Made by a program: the position numbers and the translations under genes. The notes below the pieces were generated by a model. The model saw only the letters and a program-made list of their open reading frames with translations. It was not told the DNA's origin and searched no databases. This document shows, in pieces, positions 9,742 through 19,851 of a stretch of 64,000 bases of DNA. How positions within the stretch are numbered: position 1 is the first letter of the stretch; every line of letters begins with the position of its first letter. Origin of the DNA: Terriglobia bacterium (GTDB taxonomy: Bacteria; Acidobacteriota; Terriglobia; 20CM-2-55-15); the NCBI GenBank assembly GCA_965218585.1, contig CBDCLE010000017.1, positions 71,470 through 135,469 on the forward strand, written 5' to 3'.

Positions 9742-10284
9742 GGATGAGGACAGAGACCTTGTATCCCGATACCTGTCTGGAGATATGATCGCCTTTGACG
9801 AGTTGATGACCCGCCACGAAAGGCAGATCTACAGACTCTGCTTCCGGTTTGTGAAGAACCCGGAAGACGCCATGGATCTGACTCAGGAAGTCTTCATCAA
9901 GGCCTTTGAGAAACTCACTGCTTTCCGGGGGATGCCCGGTTCAAAACATGGTTGTATCGCGTTGCGGTCAATCATTGCCTGAACCACGTAAAGAAAAACT
10001 CCCGGGAGTTTGTCGAAGTCAACGAAAGTATTGGAAGCGTCGGTCCGTCTTCTCATAACAGACTGCTTGAGAGAGAACGGCGCGATATCGTAAAGCAGCT
10101 CATGGGGAACCTCCCTCCGAAGCAGAAGGCGATTCTCGAGCTGCGAATGAACGACAATCTGAGCTACGAAGAGATTGCAGGCATACTGGGACGATCGGTT
10201 TCGACGGTCAAATCCAGCGTCTTCTTCGCGCTCACCAAGCTCAAGAAGATGGTCGCCCAACAGGCGGCTGCAGGCCAAATGTGA
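9734..10284 (+). pseudogene. ECF sigma factor (sigma-70 family), disrupted
   Basis: Region 2 (DLTQEVFIKAFEKLTAFRG / FKTWLYRVAVNHCLNH) and region 4 (LSYEEIAGILGRSVSTVKSSVFFALTKLK) are recognisable. The native start ATG 8346 plus about 10 codons is separated from the body by the IS256 insertion. In addition, a -1 frame break in a G5 run near 9927-9931 splits regions 2.1/2.2 into the ORFs 9734..9982 and 9952..10284. Confidence 0.8.
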
Positions 10285-10333
10285 TCCAGGCGGTATGAAC
10301 CAAATAGCAGGGCTATAACACTGGCAGATAACA

Positions 10334-10972
10334 ATGCTTAGCTACTTCAAAGGATTCAGGCATCTGAGGGCCAAAGAGTTCATGACCCTTCTCGATGGTC
10401 TCGACCTGGGGGGGGATCGCCGAACCCACCTCCGAGAGTGTGCCAACTGCAGAACGACTCTGGCTTCGATCGCAGAATTGGGGCAGGACATATCGGAATC
10501 CGAGGGCGTGGACGCTGATACCACCCACGCGGCGGTCGCGAATGCGGACTGGGTTCGGCTGCGTTCTTCAGTCAGGGACCGACTGCTTGCACGTGCCGTC
10601 AAGCGTGATTCGGTTCTGCAGCGATGGACAGGGTGGACCGGCCTGCCGACCCCGGTCTGGAGCCTCGCTCTCCTGGCCCTTGTTACCGGGATGGCCGTTG
10701 GTGGATTTTGGCAATATCAGACAGTTCAGCTGACGGATGAAATAACGGAGATTTCGTCGAACGAAGGCGTAAACTTGTCTTCGACCGAGTCCGGCTCCGA
10801 GTTCGGGCTGTTTCCCGGGGACGCCGAAATCATCGAGGCGGAAGCTCTGGCCTGGTCCCAGACCGAGATCTTCACTTCCCTGAACGAACTGGAATCGGGT
10901 GAAGAAGATGTGCTCCGGGAGCTGATTTCCCTGGCTTTTGCCGAAGCTTCGATCTTTGACGAGTCGAGGTAA
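10334..10972 (+). CDS. zinc-binding anti-sigma factor (ZAS-type, single TM)
   Basis: HLRECANCR (HxxxCxxC) motif at the N-terminus, a TM helix VWSLALLALVTGMAVGGFW, and an acidic periplasmic tail. It lies immediately downstream of the ECF sigma gene. Confidence 0.75.
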   Translation: MLSYFKGFRHLRAKEFMTLLDGLDLGGDRRTHLRECANCRTTLASIAELGQDISESEGVDADTTHAAVANADWVRLRSSVRDRLLARAVKRDSVLQRWTGWTGLPTPVWSLALLALVTGMAVGGFWQYQTVQLTDEITEISSNEGVNLSSTESGSEFGLFPGDAEIIEAEALAWSQTEIFTSLNELESGEEDVLRELISLAFAEASIFDESR

Positions 10973-10988
10973 TAGAAGCCGCGCGACA

Positions 10989-11552
10989 ATGAAAGTTCTA
11001 TCCATCGCCATAATGACGCTGACCATGCTCGTCGGGACGGGTCTGTCAGCGCAGTCGTCCCGGGAAGGTCCGGTCATCCTGAAGGTTCGGCCACAGCAAA
11101 GATCCGGACAGGGGAGAAACCTGCGCGCTCCGGATGTCGCATCAATCCAGGAAGTCATTGAGGGTTTCTACGTCAGCCGTTTTCAGATGGAACTGGAACT
11201 GGACGATGAACAGTTCGCGCGGGTGCTTCCGAGGCTGAGAAACTCGCTGAGGGAATGGAATGAGGCAGGACAGAGACATGCTCGAGCGCTCAATCAGCTA
11301 CGACAGGCGATGCGAGCCAATGCTCCTGACGACGAGATTGCCCGGCGAATCGAAGAAATAGACGAAAGCGACATCGCCCTGCGGGCCATCCAGGAAAACC
11401 TGTTGCGTTCGGTCGATCCCGACCTGTCTCCCCGGCAGCGTGCCCGCCTGCGCATCGTCCAGCCCAACCTTGAAGAGCGGATCCGAAATATGATCGAGCG
11501 TTCCCGCGGCCGCCCCCCTCAACCCCCGCGTCCCCCCCAACCTCCTCGATAA
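10989..11552 (+). CDS. secreted/periplasmic hypothetical protein (possible Spy/CpxP-like LTxxQ-type helical protein) with a Pro-rich C-terminus
   Basis: Signal peptide MKVLSIAIMTLTMLVGTGLSAQS, Arg/Glu-rich helical repeats, a PRQRARLRIVQPNLEE motif and a PPQPPRPPQPPR tail. It is the third gene of the sigma/anti-sigma module. Confidence 0.45.
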   Translation: MKVLSIAIMTLTMLVGTGLSAQSSREGPVILKVRPQQRSGQGRNLRAPDVASIQEVIEGFYVSRFQMELELDDEQFARVLPRLRNSLREWNEAGQRHARALNQLRQAMRANAPDDEIARRIEEIDESDIALRAIQENLLRSVDPDLSPRQRARLRIVQPNLEERIRNMIERSRGRPPQPPRPPQPPR

Positions 11553-11719
11553 GAACAAACAGAGAGGCGCAGAGACGCGGAGGTGCAGACTTCTCGCGAA
11601 TCCCTCTGTTCCCACGTTTAAGGTATTCCGATAACTTCCTCGCCACCCCGAACTCGGGATTAGGGACGCGTTGGCCTCCCATTTTTCTCCGCGCCTCTGC
11701 GTTGGCGTCTTTTCTTCCT

Positions 11720-13039
11720 TTAGCCGACCAGGATTATCTGGAGGTCCATCAGGTTGGTTTGTGTGGGGCCGGTCGTGATCAAGTCGCGGACGGACTTCAG
11801 GAAGGTAAACGAATCGTTCGCTCGAAGAAATTTCATTGGCTCGAGGTTCATTTCGATCGCGCGCGAACACGTGAAGGGATCGACCAGGCCTCCAGCGGCG
11901 GTGGTCGGCCCGTCGGTGCCATCGGTCGCAACACTTGCAAAACAGGCCGGTTTCTTCCATGACTGCATCTTCAGAGCCCACGCGAGGGCCATTTCCTGAT
12001 TGCGGCCTCCCTGGCCCGGACCTCTGACAGTCACCGTCGTTTCCCCGGCGGCGAGCACACATGCCGGGGGTGCAACCGGTTGGCCACTCGAACCGATTTC
12101 ACGCGCAATCGACGCAAAAAAACGGCCTACGTCCCGCGCTTCACCCTCGATCTCCGAGCTGAGCACCATGGTCTTGAAGCCCAATTCCTTCGCCCTTTCG
12201 GAAGCCGAGGCCAGCAGAAGACGGTTATCAGCGATGATGTGATTGCTGACACGCTCAAAGAGCACGTCACCCTGCTTGGGGGTTTCTCCGATCTCACCTC
12301 TCCCACCCCGCTCAAAACGATCCTCCACAGCTGACGGAACGGAGATTCCATATTTCCTGACAATTGCGAGCGCGTCAGCAAACGTTGTCGTGTCGGGTGC
12401 AGTTGGACCTGAAGAAATGAAGTCGAGGGGATTGCCGATCACGTCAGACATGATCAGGGACACAACCCGAGCAGGGGCCGCCCACCTCAACAACTGTCCG
12501 CCTTTGATCGAGGAGAGATGCTTTCGAACCGCGTTGAGTTCACGAATCGTGGCTCCTGCCCGAAGCAGGTTGGACGTGACGTGCTGCTTCTCACCCAACG
12601 TGATCCCCTCCGCTGGTGAAGGCAGAAGCGCTGAGCCACCCCCCGAAAACAGGCACAGCACCAGGTCCTCCGAATTCAGGTCACGCAGAAGCTCCCGCAA
12701 TCCCTCGACGGCCAACTCTCCTGAGCGGTCCGGTACCGGATGTCCGGCCTCGAACACTTGAATGCGATCGGTCGGCAGTCGGTGGCCATACTTCGTAATC
12801 ACAAGGCCGGAAGATATCCGGTCGTTAAAGATCCCCTCGACAACCTGGGCCATTCCGGCGCCGGCTTTCCCCGCTCCAACGACGATGAGCCGTCCGGTAA
12901 TCTCAAATTCCTGATCGTCTACGGTGAAACCATTCGGCGTCACGCGGACGGCATTTGGAATGCAGATTTCTGGCCGAGCCGCATCGAGCGCCGACTGCCA
13001 GATCTCCTTGGCCGCTCGACGTAACTGGGAAATCGTCAT
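11720..13039 (-). CDS. glycerate kinase (MOFRL family, glycerate 2-kinase GckA-like)
   Basis: LIVVGAGKAGAGMA N-terminal motif and a MOFRL C-terminal domain. The internal Met MTISQLRRAAKEIW is the likely start. Confidence 0.75.
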   Translation of the reverse strand: MTISQLRRAAKEIWQSALDAARPEICIPNAVRVTPNGFTVDDQEFEITGRLIVVGAGKAGAGMAQVVEGIFNDRISSGLVITKYGHRLPTDRIQVFEAGHPVPDRSGELAVEGLRELLRDLNSEDLVLCLFSGGGSALLPSPAEGITLGEKQHVTSNLLRAGATIRELNAVRKHLSSIKGGQLLRWAAPARVVSLIMSDVIGNPLDFISSGPTAPDTTTFADALAIVRKYGISVPSAVEDRFERGGRGEIGETPKQGDVLFERVSNHIIADNRLLLASASERAKELGFKTMVLSSEIEGEARDVGRFFASIAREIGSSGQPVAPPACVLAAGETTVTVRGPGQGGRNQEMALAWALKMQSWKKPACFASVATDGTDGPTTAAGGLVDPFTCSRAIEMNLEPMKFLRANDSFTFLKSVRDLITTGPTQTNLMDLQIILVG

Positions 13040-13272
13040 ACGAGGCTCTCTTCTATCACGGGGTCCGACCCAACCAAAAACGTTTCCCGTATAGTGGATC
13101 AATCCCGAACAGGTAAACTAGTGATCTGTAGCACCCGTATCGGGCCCAGTGTTGCGGTCAAACGGCATTGGATTCTAGGAGTCACCGACGAGGAAATGCC
13201 CTGCATTGTGAGGAGCTGACGACAACGAAGACGATGCCATTTCGCAGCAATCGCTGGCAGATGGAGAGGCAG

Positions 13273-13806
13273 ATGGAGCATACGTTGCGAGAGGGCGTCC
13301 TGATTTCAGAGTCGGACATCGCGGGACGAATCACCGACATCGCGAGGGGGCTCTCGGGCGACTTCGCCGGACGCGAACTGTTTGCTGTCATTGTTCTTGG
13401 CGGCGGCTTCATATTCGCCGGGGATTTGCTGCGCAAGATAGATTCCACTGTGAAGGTGCGCCTTGGTTTCATATCGGCGAGTAGTTACGGTTCAGAAACA
13501 GTGTCATCGGGAGACGTTCGGGTCGCAGTTGACCTTGCGGTTTCGGTAGCGGGAGCAGACGTGCTTGTCATAGACGACATTCTGGAAACTGGAGAGACAT
13601 TGACCCGGATTCGGGATCTCATTCAAGAACGCGGTGCCGCTTCGGTACGCGTGGCCACGCTGCTTCACAAGAAGGGCAAACTGAAGCGTCCGTTCACCGC
13701 GGATTACGTTGGATTCGAGATTCCTGACGTGTTCGTTGTGGGTTACGGTCTGGATTTCGCAGAGTACTATCGAAACCTTCCAGACATAAGGATCTTGGAC
13801 GAATGA
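13273..13806 (+). CDS. hpt: hypoxanthine phosphoribosyltransferase
   Basis: PRTase motif VLVIDDILETGETL, and VGYGLDFAEYYRNLPDI typical of Hpt. The alternative start is ATG 13261. Confidence 0.8.
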   Translation: MEHTLREGVLISESDIAGRITDIARGLSGDFAGRELFAVIVLGGGFIFAGDLLRKIDSTVKVRLGFISASSYGSETVSSGDVRVAVDLAVSVAGADVLVIDDILETGETLTRIRDLIQERGAASVRVATLLHKKGKLKRPFTADYVGFEIPDVFVVGYGLDFAEYYRNLPDIRILDE

Positions 13807-13843
13807 ATAATCGAGTTACAGCCTCGAGGAGATACGCCGCACC

Positions 13844-15601
13844 GTGAGCCAGAAACCCGAACTGCATTTCTCGGATACTCGTTTTCTTTCGGACATCCTC
13901 GAAATAAACCACGAGATCACGGCGATCCTCGACCTGGATCCCTTACTCAAGAAGATCGCCGAAACGACTCGTGGGTTCATCCCATACCAGGTGTTTGCCA
14001 TCCTGTTAGTCGACGAATCAACCGACGAACTCTTTTATCGCTTTTCGATGGGCCACCCTGAGGAGGTCGTTGACAACCTCAGGGTTCCGATCGGCCAGGG
14101 AATCATCGGCACCGCCGCCAAAGAAAGACGCCCTGTGGTCGTCGACGATGTATCCGAGGATTCACGGTACATCAACGTTGTGGCCGGAACTCGATCGGAA
14201 CTGGCCGTGCCGCTGATCAGCAAAGGACGTGTCCTGGGTGTCCTCGACATCGAAAGCCCGGAGGTCGGATTTTTTCGCGAGGAACAGGTGCGGATGCTCG
14301 ATCTGTTGGCGAGCCAGATCGCGATCGCGATCGAAAACGCCAATCTCTATGAAAGTGAGCGGCGTAACCACGAGCGGCTCTCTCTGCTTCGCGACATCAG
14401 CCTCGAGATCGCGTCCACCCTTGAGGTGGAACAAGTGATCAACAAGATCGCTGAAGGCGTCAAATCGACCGTCGATTACCATATTTTCTCGATCCTTCAA
14501 CTGGACGAATCCAAGAACATGCTGCGGCCCCGCATGGTCTTTCGACACGACGAACAGGCGCACGAAAAATACGACGTACCGCTTGGTCAAGGCCTCATCG
14601 GTATCGCAGCGCTTCAGAACCAGGCCGTCCGCGTCGGCGATGTCAGCAACGATTCACGTTACATCAACGTACACAGCGAGACCGTGTCGGAAATGGTTAT
14701 TCCTCTTGCCTACAAGGGGCGGGTTATCGGCGCGCTCGACCTGGAGAGCCCGAAACCGAATCACTTCACCGAATATGACGAGCGCCTTCTGATGACACTG
14801 GCGACGCGGATCGCATCCGCCCTGGTGAACGCTGAGTTGTACGAAAAGGTTGCAGAAAACGAAAGACGGCTGGATAACGAACTGGAGATTGCCCGTGAGA
14901 TCCAGATCGGCCTGTTACCAGAGGAACTACCTTCGATCGGTGGATTGGACGTGGCTGTTTCGTTTACTCCGGTCGCACACCTGGGAGGCGATCTCTACGA
15001 TGTGCTTCGCTTCGATGACGGTCGGTTTGCCATCACCGTAGGAGATGTCTCGGGCAAGGGAGCTCCGGCGGCTCTCTACGGGGCTTTGGCGAGCGGCGTC
15101 ATCCGAACTCGGGCCACACGAAAATACCCGCCTGCCCAGATGCTGGAACTGGTCAACAAGTCCTTACAACAGCGCCCGATCGCGACCCAATATGTTGCGT
15201 TGGTCTACGCTGTGTACGATCCCGAAAAAAGGCAATTGACGTTTTCCAATTCGGGATTGCCGTATCCCATCCGCAGCCTGGGAAGCGGCGACGGTGCCGG
15301 ATTTCTGGATCTTGCAGGAATACCGATTGGGTTGCTGCCCGACTCGAAATATGAAGAACGCGTCATTGAATTAAGCGCCGGAGACCTCATCGTGTTCTAC
15401 ACCGATGGCATCGCCGAAAGACGAGATTCCAGTGGCGAAGAATTCGGACTCAAGCGGCTGGCGAGACTTGTCCAGGAAAACAGGGAGAAGACGCCCGATC
15501 AGATCATCGTCGCGATAGAGGCTGAATTGGAGGCCTACAGCGGGGGGAGTCCCGCCGACGACGATCAGACACTGCTGGTCATGAAGATGGACGGCGAATG
15601 A
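13844..15601 (+). CDS. GAF-GAF-PP2C protein serine phosphatase (SpoIIE/RsbU-like)
   Basis: Two GAF domains (GIIGTAAKERRPVVVDD; GLIGIAALQNQAVRVGD) followed by a PP2C/SpoIIE domain (DVSGKGAPAALYG ... IVFYTDGIAE). Confidence 0.8.
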   Translation: MSQKPELHFSDTRFLSDILEINHEITAILDLDPLLKKIAETTRGFIPYQVFAILLVDESTDELFYRFSMGHPEEVVDNLRVPIGQGIIGTAAKERRPVVVDDVSEDSRYINVVAGTRSELAVPLISKGRVLGVLDIESPEVGFFREEQVRMLDLLASQIAIAIENANLYESERRNHERLSLLRDISLEIASTLEVEQVINKIAEGVKSTVDYHIFSILQLDESKNMLRPRMVFRHDEQAHEKYDVPLGQGLIGIAALQNQAVRVGDVSNDSRYINVHSETVSEMVIPLAYKGRVIGALDLESPKPNHFTEYDERLLMTLATRIASALVNAELYEKVAENERRLDNELEIAREIQIGLLPEELPSIGGLDVAVSFTPVAHLGGDLYDVLRFDDGRFAITVGDVSGKGAPAALYGALASGVIRTRATRKYPPAQMLELVNKSLQQRPIATQYVALVYAVYDPEKRQLTFSNSGLPYPIRSLGSGDGAGFLDLAGIPIGLLPDSKYEERVIELSAGDLIVFYTDGIAERRDSSGEEFGLKRLARLVQENREKTPDQIIVAIEAELEAYSGGSPADDDQTLLVMKMDGE

Positions 15602-15604
15602 CGG

Positions 15605-16390
15605 TCATCGGTCTCTGTTCGCGATAGAGCCCAGCATCTGATCGTGAATCCGCCCGTTAGAGGCGACGATCTCTCCCGATTCCACTCGAAACCCATTTCC
15701 CATGAAATCTGTAACGCGTCCACCCGCCTCCTCCACGATCAACGTGCCCGCGGCCGTGTCCCAGGGCTGAAGATCCAATTCCCAGAAGCCATCACATCGA
15801 CCTGATGCGATGTAGCAGAGATCGAGAGCGGCAGAACCCGCTCGACGAACGGCTTGAGACCCGATGAGAAACGTGCGAAACAGGTCGAGGGCCGGACCCA
15901 CCTTCTCTCTAAAACCATACGGAAAGCCGGTCAACAGCAATCCATCTGAGAGTTCTCGAACGTCAGACACTGCGATCGGCTCACCGTTCAAAAACGCTCC
16001 GCCACCATGGCTGCCGGTAAACATTTCATCCCTTACCGGATCGTATACGGCGCCACAAACCATTCCACCATTCTGCTCGAAACCGATCGACACGCAATAC
16101 ATCGGAAACTGGTGCGTATAGTTGGTCGTGCCGTCAAGTGGGTCGATTATCCAGCGACCCGCAGAAGCGCCTTTCGAGACGCCAACAAGACCTGCCTCTT
16201 CGGCTAGAATGCCATGGTCCGGATACCGGGAACGGATCTCACCAACGATCAGCTCTTCGCTTTCGCGATCGGCTACGGTCACCAGGTCGGCCCGGCCCTT
16301 CAACTCCACATGCTTGTCACGTGATGCGTAGTGTTTAAGAATCTCACCCGCCGCACGCGCCAGTTCGTCGGCAAAAATCAGGTATTCCAC
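15605..16390 (-). CDS. suhB: inositol monophosphatase family protein (SuhB-like)
   Basis: IDPLDGTTNY and WDTAAG motifs. Confidence 0.8.
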   Translation of the reverse strand: MEYLIFADELARAAGEILKHYASRDKHVELKGRADLVTVADRESEELIVGEIRSRYPDHGILAEEAGLVGVSKGASAGRWIIDPLDGTTNYTHQFPMYCVSIGFEQNGGMVCGAVYDPVRDEMFTGSHGGGAFLNGEPIAVSDVRELSDGLLLTGFPYGFREKVGPALDLFRTFLIGSQAVRRAGSAALDLCYIASGRCDGFWELDLQPWDTAAGTLIVEEAGGRVTDFMGNGFRVESGEIVASNGRIHDQMLGSIANRDR

Positions 16391-16459
16391 TTGCGATGTG
16401 TGCTTTTTTTTAAGATGTGCGTCAGGGGCAGGTCAAAGGCAAGCGAGGAGCTTCCCTGC

Positions 16460-17695
16460 TCAGGACTGTTCTACAAGGACCCGCAGCTGAACAAACCGCT
16501 CGTCCCTGTTCAAGAAATCAAACACGGGGTCATCGAGCAGGTCGCTTTGAGAAAAACCCTGCTCCAGAGCCCGATACAGGAATGAAATCGCCCTGTCCCC
16601 ATCATCAACGTTCGCGAAGACCTTTGCGAGATAATAGCTCACCATGGCCTCGTTCTCCTGAGGCTGACGGACCAGGGTCCCAAAACCTCCACCGGAATTT
16701 TCGAACAATGTCGGATCGATCCGCAGCGCCGCAATAAAAAAGACCAAGCCGTCTTCATACCGTTCCAACGCAAACATGCAATAGCCCAGGTTCTGGAGCA
16801 CGGTCGGCGATTCCGGATTGACAATCAGTGCTCTTCGGAACCATTCACGCGCGACATCATAGCGTTCGCGACCCTGCTCGATAGAGCCGAGGTTATTCAG
16901 GGCAGGCAAGAAGTACTCATTGGCATCCACGGACCTTCGGTACTGCCTTTCCGCGTCTCTTATGTCCTGATTCTGGTGATATGCAATGCCCAGCTTGTTG
17001 ATCAACCTGGCGTTGTACTCATCGATTTCCGTTGCAGCCTCATAGACCTCGATAGCTTCCGGAAACAGCTTCCGAGCCATCAACGAATCTCCACGCAGCT
17101 CCTGGATTCGCAGATCTTCGATTACTTCAGCCCTCATGAGGAGAGACACTCTGATCAGGTCTACTTCACGGCCTTCGATCAACAGGGGATTCTCCACGTG
17201 TTCGGCAGCGATCACCGAATCGGCAATCCGCCCGTTTCTACGAGCGTGTTTCGCAGCACGAAGATTGTCCTGAATAAGGGGGTTCTCGGGATCCTGTTCG
17301 AGAGCGTCCTCGAACCGATCTTCCGCCTCCCGAAAGTCCTGCCGTGCGTAGTAGATCGCTCCAAGGTTATTGTGGCTCCCCGCAACACCCACATCGCGCC
17401 CCTGGACCAGCCGATAGATCCGTTCAGCTTCCGGGAGTCGATCGAGCAGGTGATAGGACGAGGCCAGCCTGCTTTGAATCTCGGGCGATAACTCGCTGGC
17501 GTCGAGGTTTTCATAGGCAGCAATCGCTGCTTCGAAATTCGACGCTTCAAAGGCCTGGTTCCCCGCGACCAGGGCCTCAGATTCTTGCACGGGAACTTCC
17601 TGGCCAAAATTCGCTACGGGCAGGCCGAGGAGTGACAGGACGACTAGTGAAAGGCTCACCTTAGCGGCATACTTCATAAGGGACGCTCCTTCCAA
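16460..17695 (-). CDS. secreted TPR-repeat protein
   Basis: Signal peptide, followed by multiple TPR-like repeats (AxxxYxxAL..DP). Confidence 0.7.
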   Translation of the reverse strand: MEGASLMKYAAKVSLSLVVLSLLGLPVANFGQEVPVQESEALVAGNQAFEASNFEAAIAAYENLDASELSPEIQSRLASSYHLLDRLPEAERIYRLVQGRDVGVAGSHNNLGAIYYARQDFREAEDRFEDALEQDPENPLIQDNLRAAKHARRNGRIADSVIAAEHVENPLLIEGREVDLIRVSLLMRAEVIEDLRIQELRGDSLMARKLFPEAIEVYEAATEIDEYNARLINKLGIAYHQNQDIRDAERQYRRSVDANEYFLPALNNLGSIEQGRERYDVAREWFRRALIVNPESPTVLQNLGYCMFALERYEDGLVFFIAALRIDPTLFENSGGGFGTLVRQPQENEAMVSYYLAKVFANVDDGDRAISFLYRALEQGFSQSDLLDDPVFDFLNRDERFVQLRVLVEQS

Positions 17696-17757
17696 AATTC
17701 TAACACTCGATGCCGCTCAAGGACGAATCCAATCGGACATCAGAACGAGACACGCAA

Positions 17758-19749
17758 TCAGACAATTTCCAACTGCTTTTCTTTTAGCACTTTAGCCCGG
17801 TCACGCAACTCCGCCGCACGCTCAAATTCAAACCTGCGGGCCGCTTCGCGCATTTCTTCCTCGACCTTTTCAATACGCTCCGCCAGTTTCGCCGGGTCAT
17901 CGATGTTGTCGTCCGCCGAAACGCTGACCGGGGGAGGATCGGAATAGTCCGCTTCAGACATTGAAACCAACGTCATGTCGACGGGCTTGATGATGGTTTC
18001 CGGTGTTATCCCGTTCACTCTGTTGTAGTCGAGCTGGATGCTCCGGCGTCGATCCGTTTCACCGATCGCCCGTTTCATCGAGTCGGTCATTCTGTCCGCA
18101 TACAGGATCGCCGTCCCGTTGACGTTGCGCGCGGCACGTCCAATAGTCTGAATCAGCGAACCGCTGGACCTGAGGAATCCCTCTTTATCAGCATCCAGAA
18201 TCGCAACAAGAGACACCTCGGGCAGATCCAGCCCTTCCCTGAGGAGATTTATTCCGATCAGGACATCGAAATCGCCACGCCGGAGCCCTCTGAGAACCTT
18301 GATCCGCTCGAGAGTTTCTATCTCCGAGTGGAGGTAACGGCAGCGGACCCCGACTTCGGTGTAGTATTCAGCCAGATCTTCAGACATGCGCTTGGTCAAT
18401 GTCGTCACCAGCACACGCTCTCCCACACCGACGCGTTCGCGAATCTCATGGAGGAGGTCGTCAATCTGACCGTTGACAGGACGCACATCGACATCCGGGT
18501 CGGTCAGGCCGGTCGGGCGAATCACCTGTTCGATCACCACGCCCGAAGACTTCGTCAGTTCGTAGGGTCCCGGCGTCGCCGAAACATAGATGACCTGATT
18601 CGCCCTCTCCTCGAATTCTCCAAAAGTCAAAGGGCGATTGTCTAATGCCGACGGCAGGCGGAATCCAAATTCAACCAGATTGGCTTTGCGGGACCGGTCA
18701 CCCTTATACATAGCTCCGAGCTGTGGCACCGTCTGGTGACTTTCGTCAATGAAGATCAGGGAGTCCCGGGGCAAGTAATCGAGAAGCGTGGGTGGAGCCT
18801 GACCCGGAGCCCGGCCGGTCAGGTGCCTCGAATAATTCTCAATTCCGTGGCAGTAGCCGACCTCCTTGACCATCTCCATGTCGAAGAGGGTTCGTTGATG
18901 AACCCGCTGCGCTTCCAGCAAGCGGCTCTGGCGTTCAAGCAGCGATTCCCAATCCTTGAGTTCGGCACGTATCGTCTTGATTGCGGCCTCGAGTCGGGAT
19001 CGTGGCATCACGAAATGGCTCTTCGGGTATACAGTCAACCGTTCGAACTTGTCGATGACATCGCCGGTAAGAGGATCAAAAGTGCTCAGCTGGTCGACCT
19101 CATCGCCCCACATCTCTATCCGATAGCCGATATTTTCATATGTGGAGAAGACTTCGACAGTGTCCCCCCGAACCCTGAAGGTTCCGCGCTTAAAATCTAT
19201 GTCGTTGCGTTCGTAGAGAATCTCAACGAGCTTGGACAACACTTCGCGCCGGGAAATCGTCTGCCCCCGTTCCAGCATGAGAAGCATCCCGTAATAAGCC
19301 TCCGGTGAGCCCAGGCCGTAGATACATGAAACCGACGCTACGATCACAACGTCGCGACGCTCAAACAGCGATCGCGTCGCCGAGAGGCGCAGACGGTCGA
19401 TTTCGTCGTTGATCGTCGATTCCTTCTCGATATAGGTGTCTGTCGAGGCGATATAGGCTTCAGGCTGGTAATAATCGTAGTAACTGACAAAATACTCGAC
19501 TGCGTTTCGGGGAAAGAAACCGCGAAACTCCTGATAGAGCTGTGCTGCCAGAGTCTTGTTGTGCGCAAGAACGAGCGCAGGACGGTCGAGGGCTTCAATG
19601 ACTTTGGCCATCGTGAAGGTTTTCCCCGACCCGGTAACTCCGAGAAGAACCTGATGGCGGTCTCCATCGTGCAAGCCGCGGAGAAGCGCGTCGATAGCAG
19701 TTTCCTGGTCTCCTCGCGGCACGTACGGTGATGCAAGTTCGAAGCTCAT
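17758..19749 (-). CDS. uvrB: excinuclease ABC subunit B
   Basis: 663 aa, helicase motifs GVTGSGKT, a beta-hairpin region, and a C-terminal UVR domain ([19 protein letters not shown]). Confidence 0.95.
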   Translation of the reverse strand: MSFELASPYVPRGDQETAIDALLRGLHDGDRHQVLLGVTGSGKTFTMAKVIEALDRPALVLAHNKTLAAQLYQEFRGFFPRNAVEYFVSYYDYYQPEAYIASTDTYIEKESTINDEIDRLRLSATRSLFERRDVVIVASVSCIYGLGSPEAYYGMLLMLERGQTISRREVLSKLVEILYERNDIDFKRGTFRVRGDTVEVFSTYENIGYRIEMWGDEVDQLSTFDPLTGDVIDKFERLTVYPKSHFVMPRSRLEAAIKTIRAELKDWESLLERQSRLLEAQRVHQRTLFDMEMVKEVGYCHGIENYSRHLTGRAPGQAPPTLLDYLPRDSLIFIDESHQTVPQLGAMYKGDRSRKANLVEFGFRLPSALDNRPLTFGEFEERANQVIYVSATPGPYELTKSSGVVIEQVIRPTGLTDPDVDVRPVNGQIDDLLHEIRERVGVGERVLVTTLTKRMSEDLAEYYTEVGVRCRYLHSEIETLERIKVLRGLRRGDFDVLIGINLLREGLDLPEVSLVAILDADKEGFLRSSGSLIQTIGRAARNVNGTAILYADRMTDSMKRAIGETDRRRSIQLDYNRVNGITPETIIKPVDMTLVSMSEADYSDPPPVSVSADDNIDDPAKLAERIEKVEEEMREAARRFEFERAAELRDRAKVLKEKQLEIV

Positions 19750-19851
19750 TGAAAACTTACATTTTACCAGTTAAGGGACAGGCAAGCGCCATCGTTCGCC
19801 ATTCTTGACACCAATCGACCCATCGCCTACCCTCAAATCCCTGAAGAACGG

